Assembly: GCA_965197745.1 (NCBI GenBank)
Contig: CBDANS010000007.1
Coordinates: 1,376,001 to 1,440,000, forward strand
Source: Opitutales bacterium
Lineage (GTDB): Bacteria > Verrucomicrobiota > Verrucomicrobiia > Opitutales > PNEW01
DNA length: 64,000 bases
Direction: 5' to 3'
In this document: positions 22,096 through 32,545 of the stretch, in pieces
Layout: every line of letters starts with the position of its first letter
Position numbering within the stretch: position 1 is the stretch's first letter
The notes under the pieces: generated by a model
Database searches by the model: none
What the model was told of the DNA's origin: nothing
Seen by the model: the letters and a program-made list of their open reading frames with translations, nothing else
Translations under genes and position numbers: made by a program

Positions 22096-22686
22096 CTATT
22101 CTAAGTCGCCTTTCGAGGGCTTATCATTTTGCTTAATTAAATCAATAAGACGTTCCACCCCGACACTGAGTTGCGCTTCGAGAAAATCTATTCGGCGGGT
22201 TAAATAGCTGTTACCGACAAGCGCCGGAATGGCGATGGATAGACCAAGCATCGTCGTTGTTAAGGCGAGGGCAATACCCTGGATAAATATATCGGGGTCG
22301 GGCATTCCAGTATCCGGTGAGACGTTGGCAAATACCTGGATTAATCCCGTTACGGTACCCAGAAGTCCAATCAGTGGCGCCGCGCTGACGACGATATCGA
22401 GAAGGAACAGTCCGCGTTCCATGTGTGATACTTCCAATCGGGCATAGGCTTTTAACTGTTCTGTATCAGGCGCGTTTACCCGATAGAAATTCAGTATCCT
22501 CGCGCTGACCGATCCATCATAAATCTGTGGAATTTCGCCCTTAATGAAACTATCAGCCATTTCTTCTGGAATGACTCGACTTTGGCGTAAAGCAATAAGC
22601 CTCTCGATAAATATAAAGACAGCGATCAGGGAACATATAAGTAATGGCCAAAAAAATATGCCGGCGCCTTCAATAATGTTGATCAT
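22096..22686 (-). CDS. exbB: MotA/TolQ/ExbB proton channel protein
   Basis: APLIGLLGTVTGLI, GIALALTTTMLGLSIAIP. Confidence 0.9.
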   Translation of the reverse strand: MINIIEGAGIFFWPLLICSLIAVFIFIERLIALRQSRVIPEEMADSFIKGEIPQIYDGSVSARILNFYRVNAPDTEQLKAYARLEVSHMERGLFLLDIVVSAAPLIGLLGTVTGLIQVFANVSPDTGMPDPDIFIQGIALALTTTMLGLSIAIPALVGNSYLTRRIDFLEAQLSVGVERLIDLIKQNDKPSKGDLE

Positions 22687-22839
22687 ACAATTAGCTATGT
22701 CGGGGGGTATTTATCTCTAATCTCGCTAAGTAATTTAAAAATTTAATGCTTTCTGTATTAGCATGAAGGGGATATTAAATTCCTCTTCAGGTCACTGGGG
22801 GATCGACTAAGAGATGAAGTTTAATCATGTCGATCAAGA

Positions 22840-24006
22840 TTATTTTTTTGCCTCTTTCAAAGCGGCGGCCAAATCGGCAACGAGATCTTCAGCGCTTTCA
22901 ATCCCGGTTGAGATACGAATGATGCCCGGTGTAATCCCCGCTTCCCGTCTGGCCGTTTCATTCATGGCGGCATGACTCATTGACCAGGGTTGTTCGATCA
23001 GTGATTCAACCCCCCCTAAACTTACACTGAGATGAAAATATTTTAAGTTTTTAAAAAAAATAACAATATCCGCGTTTTCCAGATCCAATTCGAAAGAGAG
23101 TATGCCGCCAAATCCTTGCTGTTGCTTTTTAGCCAACTGGTGTTGGGGGTGGTCTTTCAAGCCAGGATAAAAAACCGTTTTCACTAAGGCATGTGCCTTA
23201 AGAAAGGCTGCAATTTCATGGGCATTACGCAGGTGGCAATCCATTCGAGGAACGAGTGTTTTTATGCCACGCAGTGCGAGCCATGCATCAAAGGGTGGGG
23301 CGCCCGTCCCCAATGCATTTACCAGAAATCCAATTTTTTCACTTATATTTGCGGTGCGTGTTACCACCGCTCCCCCCAGCATGTCAGAATGCCCGTTCAG
23401 GTATTTTGTCGTTGAATGAAGAACGAGATCAACTCCGAATTCAATGGGACGTTGAAGGAGGGGAGTCATGAAGGTATTATCAAGAGCGGTAAGGATATCA
23501 TGCTTGCGCGCGATATCGACAACGGCCTTGATATCAACTATATTGAGGAGAGGATTAGTTGGCGTTTCGATATATATGAGGCGGGTATTGGAACGGACTG
23601 CGGCGGCGATGGATTCAGTTTTAGTCATGTCGATTAGACTGAATTCCAGTCCGAATTTTGATAGCACATTAGTAAACAGTCGAAATGTGCCGCCATAAAG
23701 TTCATGCCCGCATATGACATGATCCCCGGCCTGCAGAAGCATTAACGCGGTATGAATGGCAGACATACCGGTATTCGTGGCAAAAGCTGCATGGCCACCT
23801 TCTAATTTAGCTATACTCTCGTTGAGCGCCTGCCGCGTTGGGTTTCCGGTCCGCGTGTAGTCATAGGGGGGTGGATCATCCACCGCATTAAAATAAAAGG
23901 TTGAAGTCGTATAAATGGGAGTAGTAACCGAGTTATACTGGTCGTCTTTATATACCCCGGTATGAACCGCATCGGTCTGCGGGTGGACATCCTTTGATCG
24001 AGCCAT
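22840..24006 (-). CDS. metB: Cys/Met metabolism PLP enzyme (cystathionine gamma-synthase/lyase)
   Basis: YDYTRTGNPT, ETPTNP, DNTF, HSTTKYLNGHSD, SLGGVES; exact activity uncertain. Confidence 0.8.
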   Translation of the reverse strand: MARSKDVHPQTDAVHTGVYKDDQYNSVTTPIYTTSTFYFNAVDDPPPYDYTRTGNPTRQALNESIAKLEGGHAAFATNTGMSAIHTALMLLQAGDHVICGHELYGGTFRLFTNVLSKFGLEFSLIDMTKTESIAAAVRSNTRLIYIETPTNPLLNIVDIKAVVDIARKHDILTALDNTFMTPLLQRPIEFGVDLVLHSTTKYLNGHSDMLGGAVVTRTANISEKIGFLVNALGTGAPPFDAWLALRGIKTLVPRMDCHLRNAHEIAAFLKAHALVKTVFYPGLKDHPQHQLAKKQQQGFGGILSFELDLENADIVIFFKNLKYFHLSVSLGGVESLIEQPWSMSHAAMNETARREAGITPGIIRISTGIESAEDLVADLAAALKEAKK

Positions 24007-24026
24007 CTTTAAGTGGAAGAGGGGAA

Positions 24027-24632
24027 TTATTGATTGTCAATATCGGGCAATGACACCGCCATACGATCAACATTCTCTACTCCTTCAAGGAGTTCACCAA
24101 TTGGATCCCAGGATCCCGAAATTAGACTTTCCTTCGCCCCTTCCTTTATGGTGCTGTCAAAATATTCATCCCCAATGCTTATTTTGAGATTTTCCATATC
24201 GATAGTGATTACGGTTTCGGGATCGCTCTTCACGGTAGCGCTTAGTTTTTGAATAACTTCAGTTTTCACTGTCAGACAGGGCATTCCTAATTGGGTTGAA
24301 TTGCCAAAAAAGATTTCCGCAAACCCTTCAGTAATAAGAGCGCGAAATCCGGCTCGGTATAAGGCTTGAGGGGCATGCTCGCGAGAGCTGCCGCAACCAA
24401 AATTGTTATTACTAATGAGTATACTCGCCTCGCTGTATTTCGGGTCGTTTAAAATATGATCCTTCTCCGTCCCGTCCTCTTTATGACGCAGATCGTAAAA
24501 CAGATAGTCACCGAGCCCGTCAAATGTTATACACTTCATATAGCGAGCGGGTATGATGCGGTCGGTGTCGATATCATCACCGGGGAGATAAACACCTTTG
24601 CCAATAACTTTTATAATTTTCTCCAATGCCAT
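24027..24632 (-). CDS. leuD: 3-isopropylmalate dehydratase small subunit
   Basis: DIDTDRIIPAR, NFGCGSSREHAP, FAEIF. Confidence 0.97.
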   Translation of the reverse strand: MALEKIIKVIGKGVYLPGDDIDTDRIIPARYMKCITFDGLGDYLFYDLRHKEDGTEKDHILNDPKYSEASILISNNNFGCGSSREHAPQALYRAGFRALITEGFAEIFFGNSTQLGMPCLTVKTEVIQKLSATVKSDPETVITIDMENLKISIGDEYFDSTIKEGAKESLISGSWDPIGELLEGVENVDRMAVSLPDIDNQ

Positions 24633-24658
24633 ATCAATGCATAGTAAAGCGGGGTAGC

Positions 24659-26083
24659 TTAGACTCCGGAAGGTTCGAGTACACCAAAGACCTCTCGCGC
24701 ATCACTGATTTCACCAGTTACTGCTGCTGCCGCAACCATCAGCGGGCTCATAAGAATAGTTCTGCCTGTGGGACTCCCCTGGCGGCCTTTGAAATTACGG
24801 TTGCTGGAACTCGCGCATAACTGGTCGCCAATCAGCTTGTCAGGGTTCATGGCCAGGCACATGGAACATCCTGCTCCCCGCCATTCAAATCCTGCTTTCG
24901 TAAATATATCATCCAACCCCATTTCCTCCGCAAGCTTAGCCACAATTTGGGATCCCGGGACGACAAGCGCTTTCACGTTGGGTGCGACATGATGACCTTC
25001 AATATATTTGGCCGCCTCTTTCAAATCATTGATACGGGCATTGGTGCAGGAACCGATGAAGGCGACATCGATTTTTGTGCCTTTAATTGGTGAGTCAGGA
25101 ACAAACTTCATGTGTTCGAGTGCTTCTAAAACGCCGTCTCTATCATCGGCTGGCACTTGATCGGGGTCGGGTATATTTTCATCAATAAAAATTGCCTGCC
25201 CCGGATTTATGCCCCAGGTAACGGTGGGTGCTATATCTTCCGCGCGGATAGCGACCACATCATCATAATCGCAGTCCTCATCAGAGGCGAATGATTTCCA
25301 TCTTTCAACCGCATCATCCCAGGCAGTGCCTTTCGGTGCGTAAGGTCGTCCCTGGAGGTATTCATAGGTCGTTGCATCCGGGTTTACATAACCCGCACGC
25401 GCACCGCCCTCAATCGACATATTACATACCGTCATACGTTCTTCCATTGAGAAGCGATCTAATATTTCACCACCATATTCATAGGCAAAGCCGGTTCCGC
25501 CATTCACTCCCAGGACACGGATAATATGTAGAATAACATCTTTGGCATATACCCCTGGGGAGAGAACTCCGTCTATATTAATGCGGCGCACCTTGAGTTT
25601 GTTCAGAGCAATAGTCTGGGTAGCGAGAATGTCGCGAATTTGTGAAGTGCCAATGCCAAAGGCAATAGTGCCGAAGGCTCCATGGGTTGAGGTGTGAGAG
25701 TCCCCGCAGGCAATCGTTGTTCCCGGTTGGGTTATGCCCTGTTCTGGCCCGACAATGTGCAGAATTCCCTGTTTTCCTGAATGTGTATCAAAAAAAGTAA
25801 TTCCGGTATCTTCACAGTTTTTGCGCATCTCTTTGATCATGGCATCAGCCAAATCATCAGTATAAGGCTCTTTTTTCTCATCCGTGGGGACAATATGATC
25901 GACCGTGGCAAACGTTCTTTGGGGATATCGGACTTTTAAACCCAATTCATTAAGCATGCCAAATGCTTGCGGGCTTGTGACCTCATGGACGAGGTGAGTG
26001 CCAATAAACAGTTGTGTCTGACCGTTAGACAGTTCTCGAACGGTGTGGGCATCCCATACTTTTTCGAATAAATTTTTTCCCAT
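24659..26083 (-). CDS. leuC: 3-isopropylmalate dehydratase large subunit
   Basis: [39 protein letters not shown]. Confidence 0.98.
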   Translation of the reverse strand: MGKNLFEKVWDAHTVRELSNGQTQLFIGTHLVHEVTSPQAFGMLNELGLKVRYPQRTFATVDHIVPTDEKKEPYTDDLADAMIKEMRKNCEDTGITFFDTHSGKQGILHIVGPEQGITQPGTTIACGDSHTSTHGAFGTIAFGIGTSQIRDILATQTIALNKLKVRRINIDGVLSPGVYAKDVILHIIRVLGVNGGTGFAYEYGGEILDRFSMEERMTVCNMSIEGGARAGYVNPDATTYEYLQGRPYAPKGTAWDDAVERWKSFASDEDCDYDDVVAIRAEDIAPTVTWGINPGQAIFIDENIPDPDQVPADDRDGVLEALEHMKFVPDSPIKGTKIDVAFIGSCTNARINDLKEAAKYIEGHHVAPNVKALVVPGSQIVAKLAEEMGLDDIFTKAGFEWRGAGCSMCLAMNPDKLIGDQLCASSSNRNFKGRQGSPTGRTILMSPLMVAAAAVTGEISDAREVFGVLEPSGV

Positions 26084-26210
26084 AAAGCCAGCCTAAATCG
26101 TAAAATTGAATCAGTTAACTTAATAGTATACTCCCAACGCGCAACTACAAAGGTTTAGAATAGGATGTCATCCAGCGTAATTAAGGACATTTATGAACCG
26201 ATAAATCCAC

Positions 26211-27530
26211 TTAAGTTTCCATTTCAACTAAGAATCTTCTAATACGGTTCAAAACGTTTTCTTTGCCCAATACCTGCAGCATGGCGTAAAAGCCTGGCCC
26301 GACATTAGTTCCCGATACTGCCAGCCGGGTCGGGTGGATATATTCCCCGCTACTTACATTATGGTTCACGGTCAGACTTTCTACCGTTTTTTCGAGGATC
26401 TCCTCTGAAAAATCATCCAGGGTTTCAATAACCGATAAAAACTCATTTAAGCGCGCAAGCGGTTCTCCTTTTTTGAATATTTTTTGTTTCGCTTTCTCAT
26501 TTATCAAATATTTTTCTGTGAAAAAGTATGCACAGTATCCGGGTAATTCTTCAATTGAGCGCACTTTCTCACGACAGATTCTCAAAACGTCCTGAAGGAA
26601 ATCTTCATCCACGTCTTCCGGAATGATCTTAGATTCATTCAAGACCGGCCGGCATAACCAGCTAAAAGTTTCCAGGGGAAGAGCACGCAGGTAATTTGTA
26701 TTAATAAATGCAAGTTTCTTCTCGTCGAAGCGCGCGTTGTTTTTATTGATGCCCGCGAGGTCGAATAGCTGAATGATCTCATCGATCGGTAGAATCTCAC
26801 GGTCGTCTTTAGGTGACCACCCGAGAAGACAGAGATAATTGCGCACGGCATCAGCAAGGAAATAACGCTGTTCATATTCTTCAATGAGTGATCCTTTATC
26901 ACGCTTGCTCATTTTTCCGGGACCCTGTTGCTTTAGAATGAGTGGGATATGAGCGTAGTGGGGCAGTTCTGCCCCGAAGGCTTTAAAAAGTTCAGTGTGT
27001 TTGCTCGTATTGGATAAATGATCTTCACCGCGTATAATATGGGTAATTCCCATGGTTAAATCGTCTACAACGTTAACAAAGTGAAAGACGGGGGAGCCAT
27101 CTGAGCGAAATATAACGAAGTCTTTCTCTTCAGTCCGTTCCACTCGGCCGCGAACAGCATCTTCGATAACCTGGGGTTGACCGGTTATTTTGAAATAGAT
27201 CGCGCCGTCTTTTTCATAAGCGCGATCATCGCTTTGCAACTGCTCAAGATGGGAGCGATATATATCATTGCGTTCACTCTGGAAGTAGGGGCCGTATTCG
27301 CCACCGGCTTCCGGGCCTTCATCCCAATTAAGCCCCAGCCACTTCATTCCATTATATAATTTATTAATCGCCTCGTCCGTATTGCGCTCCTTGTCTGTGT
27401 CTTCAATGCGCAGAACAAAAGTTCCCTCGGTGTGACGCGCATAGAGCCAGTTAAAAAGAGCAGTACGCGCACTGCCAATATGAAATAAACCAGTGGGACT
27501 GGGAGCGAATCTGACTCTTACCTTTGACAT
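26211..27530 (-). CDS. gltX: Glutamate--tRNA ligase (compact form)
   Basis: [34 protein letters not shown]; start taken as ATG 27530. Confidence 0.96.
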   Translation of the reverse strand: MSKVRVRFAPSPTGLFHIGSARTALFNWLYARHTEGTFVLRIEDTDKERNTDEAINKLYNGMKWLGLNWDEGPEAGGEYGPYFQSERNDIYRSHLEQLQSDDRAYEKDGAIYFKITGQPQVIEDAVRGRVERTEEKDFVIFRSDGSPVFHFVNVVDDLTMGITHIIRGEDHLSNTSKHTELFKAFGAELPHYAHIPLILKQQGPGKMSKRDKGSLIEEYEQRYFLADAVRNYLCLLGWSPKDDREILPIDEIIQLFDLAGINKNNARFDEKKLAFINTNYLRALPLETFSWLCRPVLNESKIIPEDVDEDFLQDVLRICREKVRSIEELPGYCAYFFTEKYLINEKAKQKIFKKGEPLARLNEFLSVIETLDDFSEEILEKTVESLTVNHNVSSGEYIHPTRLAVSGTNVGPGFYAMLQVLGKENVLNRIRRFLVEMET

Positions 27531-27537
27531 CTTAAAA

Positions 27538-28380
27538 TTAAACCTGAGGGGAGTTACTATTATCCTTTGAAGAAATAATTTGTTCTTCCTTGTCAATTAT
27601 TGATTCAATCTCATGAGCAGATAAACCCATCTTATCCTCGCAAAATTGTGTCATATCTTGAGGGAATGGCGCCTTAAAAATTAATTCAGGCTCGAAATCA
27701 TGAAAAGAAACGATGGAAGCATGAAGGGCTTGGCGATGATGGGGCAGCTTCATTTCCAATCTGTCGGTCCAACCTTTTTCGATAAACTCGAGATACAAAG
27801 TATCATCGGGTCCATATATTTTATCGCCAACGATGGTGTGACCCAACCATTGGGCGTGCACGCGAATCTGGTGTTTTCGGCCCGTTACGGGTTCTACCTT
27901 AGCGAGGGTGTAACCTTGACTCACAGCAAGAGGGATAAATGTTGTTATCGCTTTTCGCGATGTTCGCGAGCGGCGGACGGCCTGCTTGATATAGACTTTG
28001 CTTTGCATGTCCCGCGCCAGGTGCTGATCGACAATCTTGATGCTTGACAGTTCACCGTTGAGTAAAGCGTGGTAAGTTTTTCTTACGTTCCGCTGCTCAA
28101 TCGCCATCTGACATTGACGTGACCACTGCTTGTTTTTTGTTAAAATCACCACACCGCTTGTTTCACGGTCCAATCGGCTGACAAGGTGCAATATATTCAA
28201 TCCGGTGTATTCACGACAGGCACCCACGAGGCTGGAAAACGGGCCGTTTTTTGAGGGATGGCACGGGATCCATCCGGGTTTGTCGATGACGAGAAAGTCG
28301 TCGTCTTCCCTTAATATCCACTTTTTTAAATCTCTCAGTTCAATGAGGGGTGGATCGGCAGAGCAATTTTCCATAATCAT
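27538..28380 (-). CDS. RluA family pseudouridine synthase
   Basis: [37 protein letters not shown]. Confidence 0.94.
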   Translation of the reverse strand: MIMENCSADPPLIELRDLKKWILREDDDFLVIDKPGWIPCHPSKNGPFSSLVGACREYTGLNILHLVSRLDRETSGVVILTKNKQWSRQCQMAIEQRNVRKTYHALLNGELSSIKIVDQHLARDMQSKVYIKQAVRRSRTSRKAITTFIPLAVSQGYTLAKVEPVTGRKHQIRVHAQWLGHTIVGDKIYGPDDTLYLEFIEKGWTDRLEMKLPHHRQALHASIVSFHDFEPELIFKAPFPQDMTQFCEDKMGLSAHEIESIIDKEEQIISSKDNSNSPQV

Positions 28381-28412
28381 AATCAGAAGGAATGAATAAC
28401 TTTCAGATAAAT

Positions 28413-29243
28413 TTACTTCTTTTGCAATTGTTCCAATCGCGCAATACGAAGACCAAAAGCAGCGAGTTTAGTGACTATCACTTTCGGGAGTTTTGAGGAG
28501 AGGAAGACAAGCAGCTGATTATTCCAGCCGGAGACGGCCAGGGATTTATTTTTAACCAATGCTTTTAATGCCGCATTGACTACTTCTATGGATGTTTGAC
28601 CCGGATACTTGCTCATGGGTGATTCCGTGAAGCCCGCCCGGATAAAGAATTGTGTTTTTGTGGGACCCGGGCAGAGGGCGAGGGCGCTGACACCGGTTCC
28701 TTTAAGGTCTTCATTTAAGGCCAGGCTCCAGTGTAGAAGAAATGCTTTTGTTGCCGCGTATGTCGCCATATAGGGGAGGGGTTGAAATGCGGCGGTAGAA
28801 GCGACGTTCAAGATTACGCCCCCCCGTTCAGTGAGCAGGGGCAGCATCGTAGCCGTAAGATATACCGGGGCGCGAATATTGACGTCCAGCATATTGAGAT
28901 GCGTCTCGCTATCGGGTTCCGGAAATTGCCCGTAACTGCCAAATCCACTGTTATTTATAAGGAGTATTTTCCCTATATCTTCATTATCTTTAAGTAAATT
29001 AATCAATTTCGCGGTTTGTGTCACTATTTCGTCCGAATTGCTGAAATCACAGGGGAGGTGAACAAGTTCTTTACCGCTCCATTTTAAGGTGGGTTTTGTG
29101 CGAGAAAGGTTGCAAAAAAGCGCTCCGTCATTTAGGCTTTTTACAGCTTTGAGAAAATGCTCACCTATACCTGATGAGCCCCCTGTGACGACAATTGTGG
29201 AAAATCGGCTAAGGGTAGACTTGATAGCTTTGTTATTCACCAT
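28413..29243 (-). CDS. Short-chain dehydrogenase/reductase
   Basis: VTGGSSGIG, INNSG, YAATK, CPGPT. Confidence 0.94.
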   Translation of the reverse strand: MVNNKAIKSTLSRFSTIVVTGGSSGIGEHFLKAVKSLNDGALFCNLSRTKPTLKWSGKELVHLPCDFSNSDEIVTQTAKLINLLKDNEDIGKILLINNSGFGSYGQFPEPDSETHLNMLDVNIRAPVYLTATMLPLLTERGGVILNVASTAAFQPLPYMATYAATKAFLLHWSLALNEDLKGTGVSALALCPGPTKTQFFIRAGFTESPMSKYPGQTSIEVVNAALKALVKNKSLAVSGWNNQLLVFLSSKLPKVIVTKLAAFGLRIARLEQLQKK

Positions 29244-29305
29244 TTACGAGGGCAGCAGTTAGCCCCGGATTCATTAATTATTAGCACTAATACAAGGTAA
29301 TATAT

Positions 29306-29680
29306 ATGAAAAACAACAACCATGAACTGATAATATCGGGTGTTCACCTGGATCTGACTGAAGCACTTAAAGAAATCGTGAATGAAAAAATTGAAAAGCT
29401 TTTTCGACACGAAGATCATATTATCAGAATACGAGTTGAACTTGAATTTAATTCCAACGTATCCAAGCAAAACGAGTATATTGCCAAAGGTCATATTGAA
29501 ATATATGGGAAACCCCTGGTTGTAAAGGAAGCTTCGAACGATCTTTATAAGTCCATCGATCTATTAGTGGATAAACTTGATCGCATGTTGCGTCGGCGTT
29601 CGCGCTTGCGAAAAGTGAAACGCATGCACCCGCACGATATCGATATACCAGCGGAAATACCAAAAACACAGACTGCTTAA
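29306..29680 (+). CDS. hpf: Ribosome hibernation factor (HPF/RaiA)
   Basis: SGVHLDLTEALK, DLYKSIDLLVDKLDRMLRR. Confidence 0.9.
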   Translation: MKNNNHELIISGVHLDLTEALKEIVNEKIEKLFRHEDHIIRIRVELEFNSNVSKQNEYIAKGHIEIYGKPLVVKEASNDLYKSIDLLVDKLDRMLRRRSRLRKVKRMHPHDIDIPAEIPKTQTA

Positions 29681-29695
29681 CTTTTAGCGTATCCG

Positions 29696-29739
29696 TATAT
29701 AAAAAGCCCGTGAGGATCTTCTCACGGGCTTTTTATATA
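29696..29739. terminator. Intrinsic terminator after hpf (symmetric, could act on both strands)
   Basis: TATATAAAAAGCCCGTGAG-gatctt-CTCACGGGCTTTTTATATA perfect stem with U-tract. Confidence 0.92.
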
Positions 29740-29863
29740 GCTTTACCTTATCTTGAATTGATTTAGTAACTTTATGCTTTATTTAGATTTTCTGCTCAGA
29801 GAGAATGGACAAGCAATTCAGGTAGTGTTTTTAAAATTCAATAATATTTAACCGTTTCTTCCT

Positions 29864-30238
29864 ATGGCTAAACATTCTATTAATTATGGAATAATTATAA
29901 TCGCTGTTAGTATCGCCTTTTATATCGGAACATACAGGGTCAGCATGACTGCATTGATCCCGGGAATAATGGGAGTTGTCATGGTCATTTGCGGTTTGCT
30001 CGCACGCAAGGAAAGTCGTCGCAAACACATGATGCACGTGTCGGCAGTTGTTGCTTTAATCGGTTTTCTGGCTACCGCAGAAGGATTATTCAGGTTGATC
30101 GGAATGATGAGCGGCAAAGAAGTCGAGCGTTCCATAGCATTCATTGAAATGGCGATCACTTCGGTTATATTCCTCCTCTATGTTATCTCCTCGGTTCAGT
30201 CCTTTCGAGAGGCGCGGAGGAATAGAGGGGCAGAGTGA
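29864..30238 (+). CDS. Small four-helix membrane protein
   Basis: Hydrophobic helices; S.TALIP and RKHMMH motifs. Confidence 0.75.
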   Translation: MAKHSINYGIIIIAVSIAFYIGTYRVSMTALIPGIMGVVMVICGLLARKESRRKHMMHVSAVVALIGFLATAEGLFRLIGMMSGKEVERSIAFIEMAITSVIFLLYVISSVQSFREARRNRGAE

Positions 30239-30251
30239 TCAGTGATCAAAT

Positions 30252-30280
30252 TAGCTTCGTCTTCGTCCGCCTCTGCCTCT
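30252..30280 (+). repeat. Hexamer-based repeat (TTCGTC/TGCCTC), interrupted by the IS110
   Basis: TAGCTTCGTCTTCGTCCGCCTCTGCCTCT continues as TCGTCC after the IS; an inverted partner is at 31752-31787. Confidence 0.75.
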
Positions 30281-30399
30281 TGTAGGTTACCCCGCGATGA
30301 TAAGACAACCTTTTGAGTCCTTCCGAGAATGGGTCATCGTAACACGTCGGAGGAAGGACTGGAAAAAGCTTTCAACAGTGTCTACGGTTGAGAGTGCCA

Positions 30400-30586
30400 G
30401 GAACTCCCGACTCCTAATAAGAGGAGCCGGGAGCAAATCGGAAGAGTTCATTCTGCCTCTGGAACCCGCGTTAGCGGAGTTCAAGACGAAGCCTGGGAAC
30501 TTCCGATCTAACCTGGCTAATCTCAAACAATTGAAAGAGCCCGGATTATACCCCCGCGAGCTCATCTTGACAAGACCGAGATAGCC
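30400..30586 (+). ncRNA. Putative bridge RNA of the IS110 element (5' end approximate)
   Basis: 5' hairpin 30404-30433; target-binding loop with TCTGCCTCT (30452-30460) and GACGAAG (30485-30491); donor-binding loop with ACAATTG (30527-30533) and ACAAG (30570-30574). Confidence 0.85.
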
Positions 30587-31519
30587 ATGAATGAAAAAAA
30601 ACACACCCTCATCGCCATAGATATAGCCAAAAACACCTTGCAAGTGCAAAGTGCAGAGCAAAGTTACGCTCTAAGCAACGACAAGTCGGGACTCAAAGAA
30701 CTGCTCAAAGCCATAGGAAAGATGGATGCCCCCTTTGTGGTGTGCGAAGCCACAGGAGGCTACGAGCGCGCCTTGTTGAGCGCTTTGCATGAAGCGCAGA
30801 TTGTGGTGTGCCTGATTAATCCTGCGCGCGTACGGGCCTTCGCCACGAGCGATGGCATCCGTGCAAAGACCGATAAGATCGATGCCAAGGTATTGCTGCG
30901 CTTTGCTCAGCAAAAGCAGTTGTCCCCAACAGCTCCCCCGACACCCGAACAGCAACAGATGACTGCTTTACTGGATCGACGCCATCATCTGAGCGAACAG
31001 CTTGGCCGCGAGAAGAACCGCTTGCAGAACAGTCCCAAGAGCATCCACCTTTCCATCCAACGCATGATCCGTTTCGTTGAGAACGAAATCGATCGCATCG
31101 ACAAACAGCTGCGATTGCTCATCAACGAGAATGATCCACTGCGTGCGAAAGCCGAACTTATCGCTTCAGTCAAAGGAGTCGGTGAAGTGACGACTTGGAC
31201 CCTCCTGGCTTATATGAGCGAAATGACTCATCTGGGCCGCAATCAGTTGGTCGCTCTTGCCGGTCTGGCTCCCTATAATCGTGACAGTGGCAAGACCCAT
31301 TCTAAGCGATCGATAAAAGGAGGTCGTGCCAAAGTCAGAAAATGTCTCTATATGGCTGCTCGCACCGCGGCTCAACATAACCCCGTGATCAAACCTTATG
31401 TGCAGAGGTTAGTCGATCGGGGAATGCCTTACAAATGTGCTCTCGTTGCGGCCATGAGAAAACTCCTTATTCATCTGCAGTCCCTTCTTAAAAAACATCA
31501 ATTAGCTCTTGCTTCATGA
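30587..31519 (+). CDS. IS110 family transposase/recombinase
   Basis: DEDD RuvC-like residues (IAIDIAK, CEATG, KTDKIDA), KGVGEVT, catalytic Ser in GLAPYNRDSGK, GGRAKVRKCLY, ALVAAMRKL. Confidence 0.97.
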   Translation: MNEKKHTLIAIDIAKNTLQVQSAEQSYALSNDKSGLKELLKAIGKMDAPFVVCEATGGYERALLSALHEAQIVVCLINPARVRAFATSDGIRAKTDKIDAKVLLRFAQQKQLSPTAPPTPEQQQMTALLDRRHHLSEQLGREKNRLQNSPKSIHLSIQRMIRFVENEIDRIDKQLRLLINENDPLRAKAELIASVKGVGEVTTWTLLAYMSEMTHLGRNQLVALAGLAPYNRDSGKTHSKRSIKGGRAKVRKCLYMAARTAAQHNPVIKPYVQRLVDRGMPYKCALVAAMRKLLIHLQSLLKKHQLALAS

Positions 31520-31751
31520 CACAATTGCTTCGTCCTCCCAGGTATTTACAATAATATCAAGGTAGAACACGCTGCCTGACGGCCATAAACTTTGCGACGG
31601 CTGTTCCCTGGCGCGTTTAATTATGTCGTAATTGAAGAAGCGTGCTAAGGACCAACTTTCGTCCCGCGATGGCGGGACTATGGCTGGCAGGCAGCCCGCT
31701 CCACCTTTCTTACTTTTTAATCTTTTTGTGCTTTTTGTGGCTATTTCAATA

Positions 31752-31787
31752 TAGACGTAGACGAAGAGGCAGACGAAGACGAAGCTA
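31752..31787 (-). repeat. Inverted copy of the hexamer repeat, containing an empty IS110 target
   Basis: Reverse complement reads TAGCTTCGTCTTCGTCTGCCTCTTCGTCTACGTCTA; the first 16 nt equal 30252-30267. Confidence 0.8.
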
Positions 31788-31894
31788 TATACTTTCTTAT
31801 GCTTCGAAGGGGAGACCTAAAATACTCTTGGCAGGAATATCCATCTTCTCCTTGATATTCGCGCTCACTTACTACTAAATGGCCACTTCATTAA

Positions 31895-31968
31895 GCGCCG
31901 CTAGCTCAATTGGATAGAGCACCTGATTACGGATCAGGAGGTTGGGGGTTCGACTCCCTCGCGGCGTG
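31895..31968 (+). tRNA. tRNA-Arg(ACG), CCA not encoded
   Basis: Acceptor GCGCCGC/GCGGCGT, D arm GCTC-AATTGGATA-GAGC, anticodon arm CCTGA-TTACGGA-TCAGG, T loop GTTCGACTC. Confidence 0.96.
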
Positions 31969-32293
31969 CAATGGATATTCAACAAATTACATAATTCATA
32001 TACTACATATCCTTATTAGGATATCAGTCACTGTGTTTTTTCTGTGTTGATTGATCCTGCCGTGAAGATACTGAAGAAGGTAATTGAGTCGGGGGAAGAG
32101 CACTGTTGCGTGTGTTAAGTTTTAGATCTTAAGCAAAATAAATTTCAAAAAAAGCACAGGCACAGCTGAGTGTTATCGAGTAACCTGGCTTAGAGAACGG
32201 GTTTCCTGGGATTGGGGTATGCTCTGGGATGAGCCAGAAATAAAACCGTTAAATTACTCGCGAACTTAAATTAAGTTCGCTTACCAGGGAGCA

Positions 32294-32545
32294 TTATATC
32301 CACTTTTCTTTAACCGCCAGGTTAAAGCTTGTGACGATACCGTAGCCCGCATTGTCCGATGCCGTCTGATAATACCTGTAACGGGGTCCGATAATTTTTC
32401 CATCCTGAATGACAACATATCCGTTATGATTTCGCGGGGGCTCAACAGCATTTACCTGGTTACTGATCTTGGGTTTTTCGGTATTCCACTGCACGTTTTT
32501 GTCCGACTGTAAAGTCCCAGGTTGCTCGTTCGCATTATTTACCAT
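32294..32545 (-). CDS. Hypothetical protein (83 aa), possibly a fragment
   Basis: ATG-started ORF in intergenic space; no recognisable motif. Confidence 0.35.
   Translation of the reverse strand: MVNNANEQPGTLQSDKNVQWNTEKPKISNQVNAVEPPRNHNGYVVIQDGKIIGPRYRYYQTASDNAGYGIVTSFNLAVKEKWI

Larger units (their letters stand above)
30279..31529 (+). mobile_element. IS110-family insertion sequence, bounded by a CT core at 30279-30280 and 31528-31529
   Basis: IS110 recombinase, about 300-nt non-coding left end, very short right end, no terminal inverted repeats; reconstructed donor junction ACAATTG-CT-TGTAG and target TCTGCCT-CT-TCGTC. Confidence 0.92.

Noticed and set aside
26155..26190. Minus-strand mini-ORF MSLITLDDILF upstream of leuC as an attenuator peptide
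   Set aside because: Leu codons not tandem and no terminator/antiterminator hairpins follow
30297..30584. 95-aa ORF upstream of the IS110 transposase
   Set aside because: Coincides with the structured non-coding end; base-pairing and guide matches explain the sequence better
31642..31878. 78-aa ORF with a poly-Arg run
   Set aside because: The Arg run is a translation of the hexamer repeat; region is made of REP-like palindromes
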